Of a DNA stretch of 64,000 nt, positions 61,082 to 64,000 are shown one piece after another. The first letter of the stretch is position 1; every line of letters starts with the position of its first letter. The notes below the pieces were generated by a model. It was not told the DNA's origin. It saw nothing but the letters and a program-made list of their open reading frames with translations, and did no database searches. The position numbers and the translations under genes are program-made. The stretch comes from Euryarchaeota archaeon UBA558 (GTDB taxonomy: Archaea > Thermoplasmatota > Poseidoniia > Poseidoniales > Thalassarchaeaceae), in contig DAZE01000017.1 of NCBI GenBank assembly GCA_002507175.1, positions 68,303 to 132,302 of the forward strand, written 5' to 3'.

Positions 61082-62086
61082 ATGCGCGTCATCTATGACT
61101 GGAGGCTGTCCAGAGTTATCGACGCCGATGCGAACATTGTCGACGAGCTCATATGGACATCACCAAGATCAAGCAAGTCGGTAGCCAGCAGATTGGAGGA
61201 CTTACAGAAAGGTCGTCTGAGTCCAGAGGCCAGAATCCTGTGTTCGAGGTTCCCTGATGCCATTCCGGATGCAGTCGGACATCTTACCCATGCTGAATGG
61301 CCTGATATAGCCGCGGAGGAACAACAACTCCTAGAATCAGCGGCTAATATACTGGCAAAGAGGGGCGTAGCGGAGGCTGCAGGAAGTATTGACCGAAGAT
61401 TGGACATGTTAGTCTCCTCACAATCTGAATTACGGTCGGCATGGACCACAGTAGAGGCTAGGTGCATCGAATGGGTGGGACTGCTCCTACCCTCCTTGGA
61501 TTTAGACAATAATAGAGACAGAATCCCCCGGGCCGTTTCAGATTCAACGGATCTGAGAGACGCTTCAGATCGATTGGGCACAAACCCTCCTCTCCACTCA
61601 CCTTCAGATGTCGAATGGAAGGCCATCCAAAACATCGGACAGAGATGTCTAGATATAGCGAACAGCCTGACTTTCAGCGAGGAAGCGATCCGCACCATAG
61701 CCAGTGAATATTTGCCGAGCCTTTCCAAGCTCGTGGGCCCGCTAGGGGCTGCAAAGTTATGCGTCCTTGCAGGTGGAAGAGAGAGGCTTGCGAGAATGCC
61801 ATCAGGGTCGATACAGGTTCTTGGTGCACATGCAGCCATGGCCGCCCACCGTCGGGGGGCACCGCCCCCAAAACACGGGTCTGTTATCTTCTCAATGCCA
61901 CAGGTCAGCAGATCTCCTCGATGGGTGAGAGGGAAAATAGCGAGATTTCTGGCAGGGAAGGCAAGTATAGCATCTAGATTGGATCATTTTGATGGAGATC
62001 CATGGACAGAATCAGAAATTGCAGAGATACACCGGTTCTCAGAGGGAATAAAACAGAAATTCCCATCCCCCCCTAAGAGGAAATAG
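61082..62086 (+). CDS. nop5: Nop5 (Nop56/58) box C/D sRNP protein
   Basis: PSLSKLVGPLGAAKL, LARMPSGSIQVLGA, PPKHG, RGKIARFLAGK and RLD; adjacent to fibrillarin. Confidence 0.9.
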   Translation: MRVIYDWRLSRVIDADANIVDELIWTSPRSSKSVASRLEDLQKGRLSPEARILCSRFPDAIPDAVGHLTHAEWPDIAAEEQQLLESAANILAKRGVAEAAGSIDRRLDMLVSSQSELRSAWTTVEARCIEWVGLLLPSLDLDNNRDRIPRAVSDSTDLRDASDRLGTNPPLHSPSDVEWKAIQNIGQRCLDIANSLTFSEEAIRTIASEYLPSLSKLVGPLGAAKLCVLAGGRERLARMPSGSIQVLGAHAAMAAHRRGAPPPKHGSVIFSMPQVSRSPRWVRGKIARFLAGKASIASRLDHFDGDPWTESEIAEIHRFSEGIKQKFPSPPKRK

Positions 62087-62087
62087 G

Positions 62088-62798
62088 GTGACAGAAATGC
62101 CCCGTCATGTTTCACTGGGTTGGGGAGTGAGAAAAGAGAAAGGTGGTCTGTGGACCAGAAATGCCGTTCGAGGGAAATCAGTAAGGGGTGAGCGTAGAAA
62201 GAGGGACGGCAGAATTGAGTGGAGGAAATGGGATGGCCGCCGATCGAAAGTCGCGGCCATGCTCATGAGGTCCAAGGTGGATCCCTCGACCCTCATTCCA
62301 AATCCAGGATCCTTGGTTGTGTATTTGGGTGCTTCCAGTGGATCCACTGTGAGTCATTTGCATGATCACGTATGTGGTGCAGGTAATCATCATGGAGGCA
62401 AAATTTTTGCAGTGGATATCTCCTCTAGAATGATGCGTGATCTATTGACTTTATGCAATGCAAGACCAGGCATTGTTCCGATACTGGGGGACGCCAGATA
62501 TCCCCTAAATCTAGCACCCTATCTCCCTAGGATGGCGGATTGGTTATTTCAAGATCTTAGCATGCCTGATCAGGCGAAATCTTTCATCAACTCGACATCC
62601 TATCTATTGGGAAAAGGGGGCCTTGGAATCATCTCAATCAAAGCCGCCAGTGAGAGGTGGTCAACTGGGGGAGACGAGCAACATTTCGATGAGTCTGAAT
62701 CTATCATTAATTCAGCAGGCCATCTAGAAATAATCGAAAGGATCGATCTAAGGGGGTTGGAAGAACAGCACATCGTAATTGTCGCTCGAAAAGTATGA
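62088..62798 (+). CDS. flpA: Fibrillarin rRNA 2'-O-methyltransferase
   Basis: RSKVAA, YLGASSGSTVSH, PILGDARYP, FQD, DQA and IKA. Confidence 0.92.
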   Translation: MTEMPRHVSLGWGVRKEKGGLWTRNAVRGKSVRGERRKRDGRIEWRKWDGRRSKVAAMLMRSKVDPSTLIPNPGSLVVYLGASSGSTVSHLHDHVCGAGNHHGGKIFAVDISSRMMRDLLTLCNARPGIVPILGDARYPLNLAPYLPRMADWLFQDLSMPDQAKSFINSTSYLLGKGGLGIISIKAASERWSTGGDEQHFDESESIINSAGHLEIIERIDLRGLEEQHIVIVARKV

Positions 62799-62835
62799 CC
62801 CACAGGCTCTTCAAACTGGTTGACAGCCACAGTCC

Positions 62836-63729
62836 ATGCCCGAGCTACCCGAGGTGGAGACAGTCCGACGTGGTCTGGAAGAATCTCTGCTCGGGCAAAG
62901 AATCTCGAGATTAATCACAAAAAGAAAGGACCTGAGGTTCCCCATTCCAACTGACATACAGTCCAAGACAGAAAAAAAGGCTATAATTTCCATCAGCAGA
63001 AAGGCCAAATTCCTGCTGATTGAACTCGAAGATGGCACCATTATTCTGAGTCATCTTGGCATGTCTGGCAGGTGGACGATAATTTCTGAGGACTTGAAAT
63101 CTACTCCTGGAAGATTCGCACACGGAGGGATGATAGGGACTGGCGAGGGCCCTCACGACTGGGTCATATTAGAATTTGAAAATGGCACCGAGGCAGTCTA
63201 CTCAGATCCCCGCAGATTCGGTTTCATTGATGTCATAGACCCAGGCAATGAGAGGTTTCATCCCATGCTGGAAAAGCTCGGACCTGATCCCCTGCCGAGT
63301 ACGCTAACCCCAGACATACTCAACAAATCTCTCGTTGGAAGGAAGGCGCCATTGAAGGCATCACTCCTGAATCAGGGCATCATCGCGGGACTCGGGAACA
63401 TATACGTGTGTGAAGCTTTGAGCAGGGCTAGACTTTCTCCGCGCAGACGCTCAGGAACCATCGCCTCCGAACGAGGCCCAACCAACAGGCTAAACAGGCT
63501 AGTGAGCTCTATCCACGATGTCATCTCTGAGGCAATCGATGCCGGAGGCTCCACTCTGAATGATTACAGGGGCGTCCACGGGGAAGAAGCTCTGGGCTAC
63601 TTCCCCTTGTCATTCCAAGTGTACGGAAGAGAGGGAGAGCCATGCCTGAATGAGGGTTGCAGCGGGACTGTCCAAAGATACGTTCAGTCAGGCAGGTCTA
63701 CATATTCATGTCCGGCTTGTCAACGTTGA
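62836..63729 (+). CDS. mutM: Formamidopyrimidine-DNA glycosylase (Fpg/MutM)
   Basis: MPELPEVE, HLGMSG, DPRRFG, GLGNIY and a C-terminal zinc finger. Confidence 0.97.
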   Translation: MPELPEVETVRRGLEESLLGQRISRLITKRKDLRFPIPTDIQSKTEKKAIISISRKAKFLLIELEDGTIILSHLGMSGRWTIISEDLKSTPGRFAHGGMIGTGEGPHDWVILEFENGTEAVYSDPRRFGFIDVIDPGNERFHPMLEKLGPDPLPSTLTPDILNKSLVGRKAPLKASLLNQGIIAGLGNIYVCEALSRARLSPRRRSGTIASERGPTNRLNRLVSSIHDVISEAIDAGGSTLNDYRGVHGEEALGYFPLSFQVYGREGEPCLNEGCSGTVQRYVQSGRSTYSCPACQR

Positions 63730-64000
63730 CTATCTCATCATTAGGCTGGCTTTGACTATGATAAGCTGGATGCGAATAGGTAAGATGCGTGCAAACATGG
63801 GGATGAACCAGTTTATGATACCCGGAATCACCTCTCTTCGACCCTTCATCATAGCTCGAACAGCCTTCTTGGCGACACTTCTCGCGGGAAGTGAACTCCA
63901 AATTTCGACCCCGGTCAACTTCATTCCAGAAGTTGATTGAAATCCAGTTTCAACGTATCCTGGACACAATGCAGTGACTGTGACTCCACTCCCCTTCAAT
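63730..64000 (-). CDS. SDR family oxidoreductase (C-terminal part; 5' end outside the window)
   Basis: GVTVTALCPGYVETGF, typical of the SDR C-terminus. Confidence 0.8.
   Translation of the reverse strand, partial: LKGSGVTVTALCPGYVETGFQSTSGMKLTGVEIWSSLPARSVAKKAVRAMMKGRREVIPGIINWFIPMFARILPIRIQLIIVKASLMMR

Noticed and set aside
61082-62086. Nop-domain protein as a TIGR-Tas or IS110-like RNA-guided system
   Set aside because: It is directly followed by fibrillarin, has no nuclease domain and no adjacent repeat array, so this is the canonical nop5-flpA pair.

Overview
Gene-dense, mostly housekeeping chromosomal segment of an archaeon. Gene content points to Thermoplasmatota, most likely Marine Group II / Ca. 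Poseidoniales (inference): thermosome, Cdc6/Orc1, PCNA, TFS, Nop5-fibrillarin, Bud32 and archaeal PPAT-DPCK, plus DnaK, MutM and many bacterial-type metabolic genes. It holds about 60 CDSs and two tRNA-Gly genes. I saw no CRISPR array, transposase or integrase. The most notable items are not in the ORF track. (1) A ~280-nt intergenic ncRNA (43500-43782) built from four K-turn/K-loop hairpins has archaeal H/ACA guide architecture; one pocket matches 23S rRNA helix 69. (2) A 59-aa, 9-Cys microprotein heads the copA-copZ operon behind a perfect 14-bp inverted repeat. Also unusual: a BoxB-like diiron CoA-ester epoxidase cluster with a half-size BoxC-like crotonase and no adjacent BoxA, a degenerate TBP paralog, a cysteine-free Mrp/Nbp35, and a eukaryote-like CTP synthase. 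All calls come from motif recognition by eye. No database searches or folding programs were run, and rRNA target sequences are recalled consensus sequences, not this organism's rRNA.
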